A DNA stretch of 64,000 bases from Octopus vulgaris (taxonomy: Eukaryota). Of the stretch, positions 25,286 through 37,654 are shown one piece after another (position 1 is the first letter of the stretch; every line of letters starts with the position of its first letter). Under the pieces are notes generated by a model. The model was not told the DNA's origin. It saw only the letters and a program-made list of their open reading frames with translations, and did not search any database. The position numbers and the translations under genes are program-made. Location of the stretch: the NCBI GenBank assembly GCA_951406725.2, contig OX597820.1, positions 66,712,001-66,776,000 on the forward strand, given 5' to 3'.

Positions 25286-26979
25286 TAATTTGTTGTTGTA
25301 GTTCAGTCACAACCTGTGATCAAATGTTTCCTGTCTGTCAGTTGAAATTAGGACTGACCTGCGAACTAAATAATAACTCAAAAGTTTGTTGTTTTGTCAT
25401 TCTAATTTAGGAGATTGGTGTCTGTCCAGCTTCTGTGCATTGATAATTTGTTTGGTAGCCTGGAATTTGTGAGAGATGGTGTAGAATGGTTTCTGCACAG
25501 TCTTGGGAGTACATAGAAGTGAATTGTGGAATTAGCTGAGGTATGCAAGAACAAGGTAGTTGTCATGTCGGTTTGTCCACTTTCACTTTCCCAGAAAAAA
25601 AAAATGTAATCACTGCACACTGAAGAGATTTAAAGAAGAGGAAAAATGAAGACTTGAAAAAGTGTCTTTAGATTACCTTCTTGTTTTCTTTCTTTCTTTT
25701 CTCTTATTACTTTCCATTTAAATATATTTTCTGTTCTCTTTTTGTTGTTGTTGTTGAAATTATCACGTGTGTTACGTAAATAGTTGCCTTAGTAACCTGA
25801 ACATGGTTTCAATGTTGGAATAATAATGGAGAGTGCTGCTTCTGCCAAGGTGACATGCTGCAAGTAAATTGGATGAGGTAGAAGATGATGAGATAAGATG
25901 TGGTCGGAGTTTCCTTTCCAATGAAAGAGCAGCCATAGTTTCAAGAAAGTTTCTATGTTCCATCTTTAAGGAAATGAGAAAACTCGTAGGTCATCAGAAG
26001 ATGGCAAACTTTGATAGAATTTTCTGTGTATTATTTTTGTAATGTATTTAATGTTCTGGTGCCAAATGTGTGAATAGCATCTCACTAGTTAAATTGAGAT
26101 TTCTTTGAGTGTTAGTCATGGCTTGGAAATCTAAAAGACTGCCAGGCTGCAAATAATCCAAACCACTTGATGTTTTTAAAAGGCCAGCACTTGAGGAATT
26201 TAAGTGTTTAGTTTGAAATTCAGTAGAAATTCTATTTGTACATTACTGTTTCTCCCTAACTAAAGGACTTTGATGTGAGAATGTCATTTTCCATTCCTCA
26301 CCATATTTCTTGAAGCTCTATTTTCTTCAAATCCTGACTGTTATTCCTTGAAGCTCTTTGAAAAACTAGACTTTTAATCATTTACACTTTCAAGTGAGGG
26401 ATGATTTTAGCTTTTCAGGTTCAAACCTCATTTTAAGTACATTTCAACATTGATTAGCCCACTTGCACAGTACTAAACTTCTGAAGATTTTTGGTCTCGA
26501 CCATTTTTCTTTTATTCATTTATCTATTTATTTATTTTCTGTCTTATATTTAAATCTCATTGTTTTAATTCCTGTGTAAGAATTATTGACAAAGTGCATT
26601 CAGTTACACATTTCAAGATTTTGAAATAAAATTGACCTGACACATTTTCCTGTCCAGTAGTTTATTTATATCCCAGCCAGGCCTAAAAGACAAACCTAGT
26701 GAGATTACACTATTTATAAGATGATCTTTTAGAAACTATTGTTGCCTTTTAGTTCACAATTTGATGCTGCCACTATTGAATTTGTCCAATATAGTAGAGG
26801 GTTTCGAGGAATCAGAGGAATTCAGTATCAACTGTGTGTACAGTTTGGTAACTATAGTGCATATTGTATTTGAGGGAATTCCGCTGTGTGATATTGTGGG
26901 ATATCAGTGTTGTGTATAAACAGAGCTGTAGAGACTAATGTGGTGCTTATATTGGTATCAACTCCTATAGAGAATATAT

Positions 26980-27180
26980 ACTTTCATAAAGCCCTATGTC
27001 CACTACACATTCTTTATTTTCTCTCCTTGTTTCTTTCTGTGCTCCTTTCTGTGGAAGAGCATAGGCTCGAAATGTTAAAGACATTTTCACTTCCCAAGCG
27101 TTATACTAATACATCTGTTTGTTGTGTACACCACCTGTCTTCGTATTTTGTTTCTTTTGTGAATTCTCCCTATCTATATA
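26980..27180 (+). mobile_element. Penelope-like terminal-repeat relic carrying a degenerate hammerhead motif
   Basis: gtggaagagc-atag-gctcgaaatgttaaagac: a GAAGAG..CTCGAAA core followed by ..taatacatctgtttgttg. Confidence 0.5.
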
Positions 27181-27837
27181 TATGGGTTTGGGTGTGCTTA
27201 TGTATTGTAGAAGCAGCTGTAGAGAATATATAGTAAAGTGTACATGTACTATCAAAAATAACAGCATTTTAGAAGAAATAAGCTAAAAATGGTATTTGAT
27301 AAATTCATTGATACAACATACATTACATATATTTGATATAGACTTGTATAGTTAGAATAATTAAATTTTTATTGAAAATTCTTTGAAAGATTGGATCCAA
27401 AGGGGATTAAGCATAACGAAAAGTTTTATATAAAGTATTTAAATAATTTATTTAGTTTAAAAACAATAAAAACTACTTCATTTCATTGCTGCAGATTTCC
27501 CCAACTATTATTTTATTAATCACTGGTGAGCCGGTGCTGTCAGAAATGATGGTAATACTCTCACATATTAAAAGTTATTCATATTCTCGGTTTACACCAA
27601 AGAACGTAGGGGGGAAAATATTGGCAAGAGTTTACTGCCAACAGACTTGTTGGTTTGGTTTATACGTGAATATTACTGACAAAATCCTTTGCAAATATTC
27701 TTCCTAAACAAAAAAAAAAAAAAAAAAAACTGGAGTTAATGCAGTTCTCTTCATTGGTTCTGCTACTGACTTACATGATAAAAAATTATGTGAACAAAAT
27801 TATGAAAAATTAGTTTGTATATATATATATATATATA

Positions 27838-27966
27838 AGGCACAGGAGTGGTGTGTGGTAAGTAGCTTGCTTATCAAGCACATGGTTCCAGTTCAGTCCC
27901 ACTGTGTGGCACCTTGGGCAAGTGGTTGGTAAGCAAGCTACTTACCACACGGCCACTCTAATGCCT
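27838..27966. mobile_element. Fold-back made of two inverted SINE A heads
   Basis: 27838-27881 is nearly the reverse complement of 27922-27966. Confidence 0.85.
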
Positions 27967-28779
27967 AGGACTGGTAACAAGTTTGAATTAAAGGGCTTAA
28001 CTGACTGAAACTTTGAGGTCACTGTCAACTATATTCTTGTTTAAGAATAGTAAATTTGTACTCTAAGAAGGTATAGGATAACCCCTGAGATTAATGTAAA
28101 ATTGCTTTTACTATAAAAGCAAACATTCAAAAACACACGCAAACAGGTTTGAGGTAGCATGACAGGAAGAGACAGAAGAAAGACAATGCTTGGTCTTAGT
28201 GGATCTATATGATAAAAATACCCTCTAGGCTGGTTAGGAAGGTTGGGTTATGTGAGGGTCAGCCCCTAGTGATATCAGTGACTGCACTGCAAATTGAACC
28301 AGGGTTTCTTACACATCCCAGTTTATTCAGGTTTTGTCTGTTAGTTTGTGGGGGGGTTCCCTCCACCACCACCACCACCCTACCCCAAACAACCTCCCGC
28401 TGTTCCTAGAGAATTATTAAGTTTGTTCTGGTGTTCAGTGGTGCTTGACATGTAACAATAGTACCACATGTATATTTGCTCAACCGTGGCACCTGATGTA
28501 ACTAATTTCGGAAATATTACACAATGTCATTGCCAACAAATCTACAAACATTTATGTTCAGCTAGTTTGCACACACATATACAAATACACACGTGCACAC
28601 GCACACTGAATACATATATACTTACACACTCATAAGCAAGTGTGTGTGTGTGTGTGACTGTGTATAATCACATTCATATTTATATGCACACTCACCACAC
28701 ATGCGCATATGAAATGTATATACATGTATATATTTAAGCACGTGTATTTATGTACCTATATGCATACACACACACACTC

Positions 28780-29265
28780 ACATAGAAGAGCACTCACATA
28801 CATGTAAACATATGTATATATACATATATGTATGCAGATATACATATGCATGTATATGTACATATACACATGCATGCGTGCATACACACACATAGAAGAG
28901 CACTTGCAAATATGTAAATATGTGTATACATACATATATGTATGCAGATATACATGTGTATGAATGTATACACACTCTTGCACACACACATACACACATG
29001 GAAGTGCACTCACAAATATGTAAGCCTACATATGCATACATATATGTATACAGATATACATACATATGTCTATGAATGTATGCACACGCTTACATACATA
29101 CACACACACTCAATGAAGAGCACTTACATATATACATAAATGTATGCAGATATACACATGTATGACTGTATACACACGCTTGCACACAGACACACACATA
29201 CACACATATATAGAAGAGCACTCACATATATATACATACATATATGCATGCAGATATACATATGT
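28780..29265. repeat. Minisatellite of about 100-115 bp period (5 units) with embedded microsatellites
   Basis: atagaagagcactcaca-like anchors at about 28782, 28892, 28998, 29113 and 29210, each followed by a tatgcagatataca-like motif. Confidence 0.8.
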
Positions 29266-29619
29266 ATGTGTACACACACACACACACACTCACACACACA
29301 TGTGCAGAATATTTCAGTGTCATGAATATTTAAATATGGTGAAAAGCATTGACCTTGGATTTGAATAGAACTTATCTAGAGAAACAAAATGAACTCAATT
29401 TAGTCAGTGTAGTCTTTGGGAAATCTTCTGGAATTATGTTGGTTTCAGCATCATCTTTCACATTGAATTTCCTACAGAATGCCTACGTGTATATCACTAT
29501 ATATTTCTTATATAGCTCTGTGTATGTGGTGTGTGTGTGTGTTAACAAGTTGTTGAGATCAAGAACTAAGTACTTTAAGCACTCCGCTTACCAAATTCCT
29601 GTTTGTTTCCACCATCTGT

Positions 29620-29840
29620 CATCATCATTTTAGCGACCACTTTTTCCATGCTGGCATGGGTTGGATTGAATTTGTCGATGAAGATTATCTCCAGCCTGAT
29701 GCCTTTCTTGATGCTAACCCAAGTAAGGTAATATTTCCTTGTGACCAAACATGTTTCTACACAAGACTGGAAACAAAGGACACTACTGGTATGGTGGTGA
29801 CACTCGCTTATGACTGTCATATGATGTCAAGACAAAGGGA
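29620..29840 (-). mobile_element. Family G-related repeat
   Basis: Reverse complement matches 40505-40740; also matches 54255-54470. Confidence 0.75.
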
Positions 29841-30159
29841 CAGTAACACACACATACCCATGCTAGCATGGAAAACAGATGCTAAATGATGATGATTGTG
29901 AGATAAATGAGTCATCTTATGTTGCTTCTGTTGTTCTGTTAAGAGTCTTTATTGTGATGTAAGCATAGTACAGTTGGGTGTGCGCTATGCACGACATCCA
30001 TAAGATTACATAACATGTTATGCAAGTCCCAACTCATCAGGCTACTAAAAAAGCAAGCAAGCAAGCAAGCAGTGGCATGCTGCTTAATCACTGCTCACTT
30101 GTTTATCTGGCCTCACACTCAAACACATGTAGATAGACAGATATACAGACAGACAGACA

Positions 30160-30652
30160 ACAAGCTTCTTTCAGTTTCCATCTAGCAAATCTGTTCATAA
30201 GGCATTGGTCAGCTTGAGGCTTTAGTGTAGTGGTTCCCAAAGTGGGTGTTATTCTCCCCCCCCCCCCGGTGGCGGTGGAAAGTTCCAAAGGCACGTTCAA
30301 GGAAAATGGAGTGATGATGGGGTAGCAATTCATGTAAAAAGTTGGGTGATAATGGGGTAGATATTCATGTAAAAACAACAAAATAATGTTTTTCATTAGG
30401 TTAAGTTTCATTTGTGAAATACAGTTGCTTTTGAATTTACTTCAGAAAGAGGTCTATGTTTGTGACGGTTAATCGGGGTGAGGGCGCTCGGAATGTAGCC
30501 CGAGTGCCAAGGGGGCGGCAGCCCAAAAAAGTTTGGAAACCACTGCTTTATTAGAAGACATTTGTCCATAATGCCATATGGTAGAACTGAACGAGAGACA
30601 AACCTGATTAGGATGAAATAAACTCCTCAACCACACAGCCATGTCTCTGCCT
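30160..30652 (-). mobile_element. SINE family A 5' half, interrupted by a hAT MITE
   Basis: gcttctttcagtttccatct..gaggcttta|insert|ttagaagacatttgtcc..ccacacagccatg. Confidence 0.8.
30228..30545. mobile_element. hAT (Charlie-type) MITE
   Basis: TIRs tagtggttcccaaa / tttggaaaccactg; imperfect 8-bp TSD ctttagtg / ctttatta. Confidence 0.85.
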
Positions 30653-31049
30653 ATGCATGTATGAATCTAAAGAAATAGTGTTATTGCAGTCTATTATGAG
30701 AACAACAAAGAATGGAAGATGATAAGATAATAGCAGTGTTGATATATGGAGAGATGTATAGAAGATTCATATTTTCAACATGATTTAATGTTGGCTTCCA
30801 TATATCTGTGTATGTGCATGTATGCACATAAATGTATATGTGTGTTGATGTCAGAGTGCATGCACATATATATATGCAAGTCTATCTTTCAGTATGTAAA
30901 TCAAATAATGTAATGTGTTTGTGTGTGTATGTGTGTGTAAATGTGTCTGAGTGTGTGCTAGCGTCAGAGTGCATATATATATATAAATATATGTATGTAT
31001 GTATGTGTAAGCGTACCTCTGAAAGTATGTAGGTTTAGTAGTATGTACA

Positions 31050-31080
<31 letters not shown>

Positions 31081-31397
31081 CAAATACAAACACATACGTT
31101 TGCCAGTATGTTTATGGGGTCTCGTGCAAGTGGTGATTGGAAGGTAACAATAGAGAAAAAGAGAGAAGTGTACCTCTGTACGTATGTACACATGTACGTT
31201 TTTGTGTGTGTTGTTGTTGTTGTTGTAATTGTTGTTGTTTCCAAGGTGATAGTTTGGGTTGTTGTGCAGAGCAGTAAATTGCTAAGTTAGAGCTGTTAGT
31301 TTGTGTGTTTTTTTGTTGTTTTTTTTGCTTTGTTTTTTTTTTTTTTTTTTTTTTGCTGGATTACAGCTAAGTGTAGGCAACATAGCATGAATTCAAA

Positions 31398-31431
31398 CTA
31401 CCACCATAGATCAAGTGATCTATGGTGGTAG
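31398..31431. repeat. Perfect 16-bp inverted repeat with a 2-nt spacer
   Basis: ctaccaccatagatca-ag-tgatctatggtggtag. Confidence 0.95.
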
Positions 31432-31754
31432 CACAATCTATGGTTCTTCGACTCTCCTCCCACCTCACTCCATGTCGATGAATGAATGGACATAGGGTGA
31501 GGAAGAAAGGTAGGGAGACAGGCAGACAGACAGGCAGGGTTTGAGAGAGAGGGAGCAAGAAAGTGAAGGAGAGAATGAGAGGAGAAAGGGAAAATAAGAA
31601 TTATTGCTAGAAAGAAACAGGGAAGTAAAGACAAACAGAGGGAGTGTGTAACGGAGAGCAAGAATGAAAAAGAGAGAGTGAGAATGAAAGAGAGAAAGAG
31701 AGAGAGAGGGGGGAGGACAAGAATGTGAAATTAAAGAAATGTAGGAAGAATAAG

Positions 31755-31789
<35 letters not shown>

Positions 31790-31940
31790 AAGAATGTGAA
31801 TTAAAGAGAGAGTTCATATTCTAGAGACATGTATTGAAGCTTAAGTAATGGCCAGTTCTTGTCTGCCTTGCATGGTCTACAACACTTCGCATCATTGACA
31901 TATGGAATAACAAGAGCCAAAAGACAGTTGTATATGCAGC

Positions 31941-31988
<48 letters not shown>

Positions 31989-32184
31989 AAAAAAGAGAGG
32001 GAGACAAACAGAGAGAAAGATAGAGAGTGAGTGAGAAAGAAAGACAGACAGACAGACAGGGGGAGAGAACTCACATTGTTGAAAAAAAATAAGAAGAAAA
32101 AACCCACCAGTAGTCTTTATTATCATGCTAAACACTTCCTGTTAGATCAGCTTGTTGCAATCGTCATTCTTGAGGCCTCCATCC

Positions 32185-32230
<46 letters not shown>

Positions 32231-32447
32231 TTTTTTGGTCTGCTCTTGGTAGTTTTTTTTTTTGTTGTTGTTCATTTTGTAGTTGCTTTTGTTTGTTTTT
32301 GTTATTGTTGTATTTGTTGTTGTTGTTGTGGCTACTGTTGAACCTGCAGTTGTTGCTGTTTTTGTTATTATTATTGTATTTCTTTGTGGTGTTTAGAAAA
32401 TGAAAAGCTGTTCTTCACCAAGAAATTCTTTGATGGTTTTATTTATT

Positions 32448-32486
<39 letters not shown>

Positions 32487-33424
32487 GTTGTTGTTGTGCT
32501 TTGTTGTTGTTTCTTTCCATAAAACCAACAAACCAATTGTTATTGGCATCGAGACTGAAAAATCTTTTCTTATTTTGCTGCAAAGACCTGATCTGGTCTG
32601 GTCTGATCTGGTCTTGTACTCTCAGCATAATATTGACATCGATGCCTGCTGTTAGCATTTAGAAACCGCTTGCAGATCAATGAGGAAGCGATTGAATCAT
32701 TTAGAAGTGGTAATCGAATCTTCCTCACCAGCCAGAGTTCTCCAGAAACTTAGGGTACTGCATTCTTGTGAGACCTATGGGGTAATTATATGCAAATGTA
32801 TCTTTAACCTTTAGCACATTGTAGGTTCATCATGTCACCATATGAGTTTTCTCCCATATAGTAACAGAGGAGTGGTAGAGGAAATAACTCTGGAGAAAAT
32901 GCAGTGTGTTAAATGTTAAATTCATTTCTGCGTTTTAAGTCTATAATTTAAAATTTATAATACGTACATGCCATATTTGGAATCATGGTGTATGTGCATA
33001 GTGAGAGGGTCCCTCTGAGAAAATGGCTTCATAATAGGGAGTTGTAAGCGAATTCAATATGAATTCTTTGTTTAAGATGATATTTAGCCAATTTGAACTC
33101 AGAACGTAAATGCAGACGATGATGATGATGACAAAAATGGCCTCTGATTTAGGCACAAGGCTAACCATTATGAAGGAAGGAGACGAGTTGATATCAACCT
33201 TAGTAATCATCTGTTTTTTTTTCAATTTTGTCAACCATCAAGAAGTGACAGAAACAAATAAATGTTTTAAGATTTCTTTCTATGAAGGCCAGTGTTGAAT
33301 CTTCCAAATTTCTTGCAGATTTTCCTCATCTCACCCTAATTCATCTGTCTGGAGTAATGTGTGTGTCTGTGTTGTGTGTGTGTCTGTGTGTATGTGTATA
33401 GATTTAACATTTTTTAAAATCTTT

Positions 33425-33770
33425 TCATCTTTTACTTAAAGAATTTTTAATTGAATGAATTGACCCTGGTAGGTTTTTGTTCTTTTAAAATCCTGGTACT
33501 TGTCATCCTATTGGGCTCTCTTACCAAACTGCTACTGGTAAGTTACAGGGATGTAAACAAACAGACAAACACTGGTTGTCAAGTGATGGTAGGGGGAAAA
33601 AGCACACACACACATACACACACACATATATGTGACATGATACTTTCAGTTTCCATCTACCAATTCCACTCATAAGGCTTTGGTCAACTTCATGCTATAA
33701 TAGAAGACACTTGCCCAAGGTACCACGCTGGGACTGAACCTAAAACCATGTGATTGGGAACTAAGCTTTG
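33425..33770 (-). mobile_element. SINE family A, degenerate
   Basis: ggtacttgtcat..gttacagggatgtaaaca..ggttgtcaagtgatgg..tttcagtttccatctacc..gaagacacttgcccaaggtacc. Confidence 0.8.
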
Positions 33771-34035
33771 GTTATATATATATATTTTCATTATGCAGTT
33801 TTTTTATCTTTTCATTTAACACATTCATGAAGACATTTTGCTACCATGTAGGTCTTCTGACATTTCTTTCATATTTTAAATATTTTTTTCTTTTACAGAT
33901 GTCTCTCTGACGTGTGTGTGTGTGTGTATGTGTGAGAAAGACTATATCTATTAATCCGTGTGTATGTGTGCGTGTATGGTACATAGACAAACTTTATATT
34001 CAAAGACAAAGCTAGTCATTACTGTATATGTATGC

Positions 34036-34080
<45 letters not shown>

Positions 34081-34494
34081 ATATATATATATATAAAATG
34101 TACACACACATAACACACATATGTATAGTATATATGCATATATATATAAAATGTTCATACACACACACACAGTATATGTACATATATATATATATAAAAT
34201 GTACATAGAGACACACACATATATATATATAAATCTACACACATATTCACACACACACACACACATATAATGTACATCGGTATATACATATATAAAATGT
34301 ACATGCATATATATATATAATGTATATATTTACACATACGCATGCTCACTAACACATAATTATTTGTGCAAATATGCATATATCTATGCACAATATTACA
34401 CAATATAATATTCATATATTATATGTAAATGTATGTACATGATTCTTCTGCTCAACTTCTTATTCTACCTACTTATTGGCATCGTGCTATATAT

Positions 34495-34535
34495 ATTATA
34501 ACCTCTGTATTTTTTCTCTCTATTTCTAGGTAAGT
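34495..34535 (+). other. Candidate recursive splice site (3' splice site directly followed by a 5' splice site)
   Basis: ttataac (branch-like) + ctctgtattttttctctctatttct + AG (34528-34529) directly followed by GTAAGT (34530-34535). Confidence 0.55.
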
Positions 34536-34614
34536 GTCATATATTATACACACATCTTTTTTTCAAGAGTGTTTCATCAACATACATAATGATGTGAGTA
34601 CATAACATTCTCTA

Positions 34615-34619
34615 TATTA

Positions 34620-34681
<62 letters not shown>

Positions 34682-34688
34682 CTTACTA

Positions 34689-34776
<88 letters not shown>

Positions 34777-34803
34777 CATTATTATTATTACTATTATTAT
34801 TAC

Positions 34804-34863
<60 letters not shown>

Positions 34864-34942
34864 AAAGGATTATTATCATTATTAGAAAGGATTGTTGTTA
34901 TTTTTATTATTATTATTGTTGTTATTATTATTATTATTATTT
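34615..34942. repeat. Long interrupted (ATT)n microsatellite
   Basis: Directly visible. Confidence 0.95.
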
Positions 34943-35022
34943 GTTCTTCTTATTGTTGCTGTTATTGTTTCCTTGTTTTCCTTCATCTTTCTTCGTTTCA
35001 TCTCATTCCCATTCTCAGGAAT

Positions 35023-35056
<34 letters not shown>

Positions 35057-35314
35057 TGCATAAAAGACAGAGGGGGGTATTATTTCTTTTACAGCTAGCT
35101 CCTTGTTTGATGTGCATAGCATATTACATAATGAATATGTGTGTGTGTGTGTGTATGTGTGTGTGTGTGTGTGCGTGTTTGTATGTATATGTAAATAGGG
35201 GACATCTTTTCTTCGAAACATATTAAAACACGACTATGTTCAACTTTAATCTTTTTTATAAAGGAATTTCATATTACCTTATTAGTCTGTATATATATGT
35301 GGTTGTATATGTGT

Positions 35315-35362
<48 letters not shown>

Positions 35363-36187
35363 ACATAGTTGCTATGGAGTCTTCATTTCCTCATTTCAGG
35401 TGTGCATCATAATGGGTTTTATGGTTTGTTTTTTTTTATTAATTTTCCATTCTCTCATCTGTTTTTTTATTATTTTTTTTAATTGCCCCCCTGCTTTTAT
35501 TAACTTCTTTTGAACCAAATGATTTTTCTATTTCACACACACAGATGCACACATACAAATATACATTCAAGCAAACAAACACACCAGGAATATATAAACA
35601 TGTTGTTTATCAATAACCTAAGGGACTTTTCATGCTAACATGAAAGTCTAGCCCCTAAAGTCACTTCTGTAGTTTTACAGCTGCAAATAAAATAATACAG
35701 ATACTCTCAACTTCATGTGCTGAGTTCTGTTTCTCCCATTTGTATAACCTATACACACACACACACACATATATATATGTATATTTATATTAATTAAAAG
35801 TGTACAGTAATATAACCATTATAACCAATTTTTCCAATCAGTTTCATACTGGGTGTTAAATTGGACATTAGATAACTACTCAATTGTGTAACCCTATGCT
35901 CATCAGAGCAGGCCATATGGAAGAAAATATGCTGACTTACGGATTCTTACACACATATGTAATATATATATATAAAGTCTTACAAAAGACCATGAGTCAA
36001 AAAACAGGCACACATATATTTGGAAGTATTATGGATCCATTTCAGTCAGTTTTTACATGAGAGATGGGGGGGGGGAACCCAGTCTTGGCACTCAACAAAA
36101 GGGCTGATAGGATGACAATGGTTCTTTTGCACAGAGACCGAGAAAGTGTCAAGTCCAGTTTGAGGGTGCTTATCTACCATATTCAAA

Positions 36188-36512
36188 GTGAAGGCGCATA
36201 GCTTAGTGGTTAGGGTATCCGACACACTGTCCTAAGGTTGCGAGTTCAATTCCCAATGGTGTGTTGTGTCCTTGAGCAAGACACTTTTATTTCACGTTGC
36301 TCCAGTCCACTCAGCTGGCAAAAATGAGTTGTACCTATAAGTCAAAAGTCCAGATTTGTCAGATTCCGTGTCACATTGAATCTCTGTGAGAACTACGTCA
36401 AGGATATGCATGTCTGTGGAGTTGTCAGCCACTTGCATGTTAATTTCACAAGCAGGTTGTTCCATTGATTGGGTCGCCTGGAACCCTCATTGTCATAACC
36501 GGCAGAGTGCTT
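36188..36512 (+). mobile_element. SINE family E, full length (tRNA-derived)
   Basis: Head gtgaaggcgcatagcttagtggttaggg..gagttcaattccc, then gtgtccttgagcaagacact and cactcagctggcaaaaatgagt. Confidence 0.85.
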
Positions 36513-37654
36513 AGTTCTTCCTAATGGTGTAAAAGATTCATTACCTCAACTTCAGCAGTGGATATTCAGAAAAACATGTAATAGATAAAGTAACTTCACA
36601 TATATACGTCCTGGGGCTTTTTGTTGTCTCTTTTCTTAGACATTTTTTTGGGGGGGAGATGCACCTGATATACCATTAAATTCAGTACAGTAGTTGCTTT
36701 GTTGTTGTTTAACCACAGACCAACTACAAAAGCTTTCCAACCTTGACTATCCCATCTATTAAAAGGTATATAGGATTACATTATCAAATATATCTTTTCT
36801 TTTCCCAAGGCTGTGATTTGAGAGAGATTTGGATATGATATCTTCAAAGTCTGCTGAAGCTGCTCCATGTACACATTACATATGTAATATTTTATTCAGT
36901 GGGGGTACGTATGAGAAGTGATAGGGAATACTAGGGAGTACATTATGCCTTGCTCTGGGAATTTCTTGGGATCTAAGAAAAAAATATATATTTGCATATA
37001 GTGAAAACTAGCATTAGCATCACCAGCAAAAGAAACTTTGTTCTCCCTGATAAAATTCCTGTCTGAGGCCTTGATTTTATATGTAAAATATATTTGCATC
37101 ATAAAATGCCCCAGGGGGTCATTTCATGGTATAATGCTTAGCTTCACCAGACTAAATGCCAGACAGTTATTTGCTTACAATTTCTTTTATATAGTTTTAA
37201 GTTCAAATCTCAAAGGGCTGAGGTGGTGGGGGTTTGAGCCCTCCTCCTTCCTTTTATCCCTCCCAGTGGATTTGATGGATGATAGAATCATTTAATGGGG
37301 TCGAAAAGGATCAACTAAATCAACCATATGCTCTCCTTTCCTTTTCTGTAGTCTTCTTTTATTTGCTAGTCATTGAGTTGTGGCCATGCAGGAGCACCAC
37401 CTGTAAGAGTTTAACGAAGCAATCAGCCCTAGTTATTTTTTTTTAAAGTCTGGTACTGTCAGTGTCATTTGCTAAACTGCTAGCTTATTAGAATGTAAAC
37501 AAACCCTCACTGGTTGTCAAGTATTGTAGGGACAAACACATAAACATGCATGCATACACAGACACATAGATACATATATGCATATACATATACTACATAC
37601 ATAATAACATACATACATACAAGCACACAAGCTTCCTTCCACACAGTTTCTTAT

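Noticed and set aside
25772-26045. Open frames of about 60 aa on both strands in unique sequence
   Set aside because: No recognisable domain and no convincing pair of splice sites
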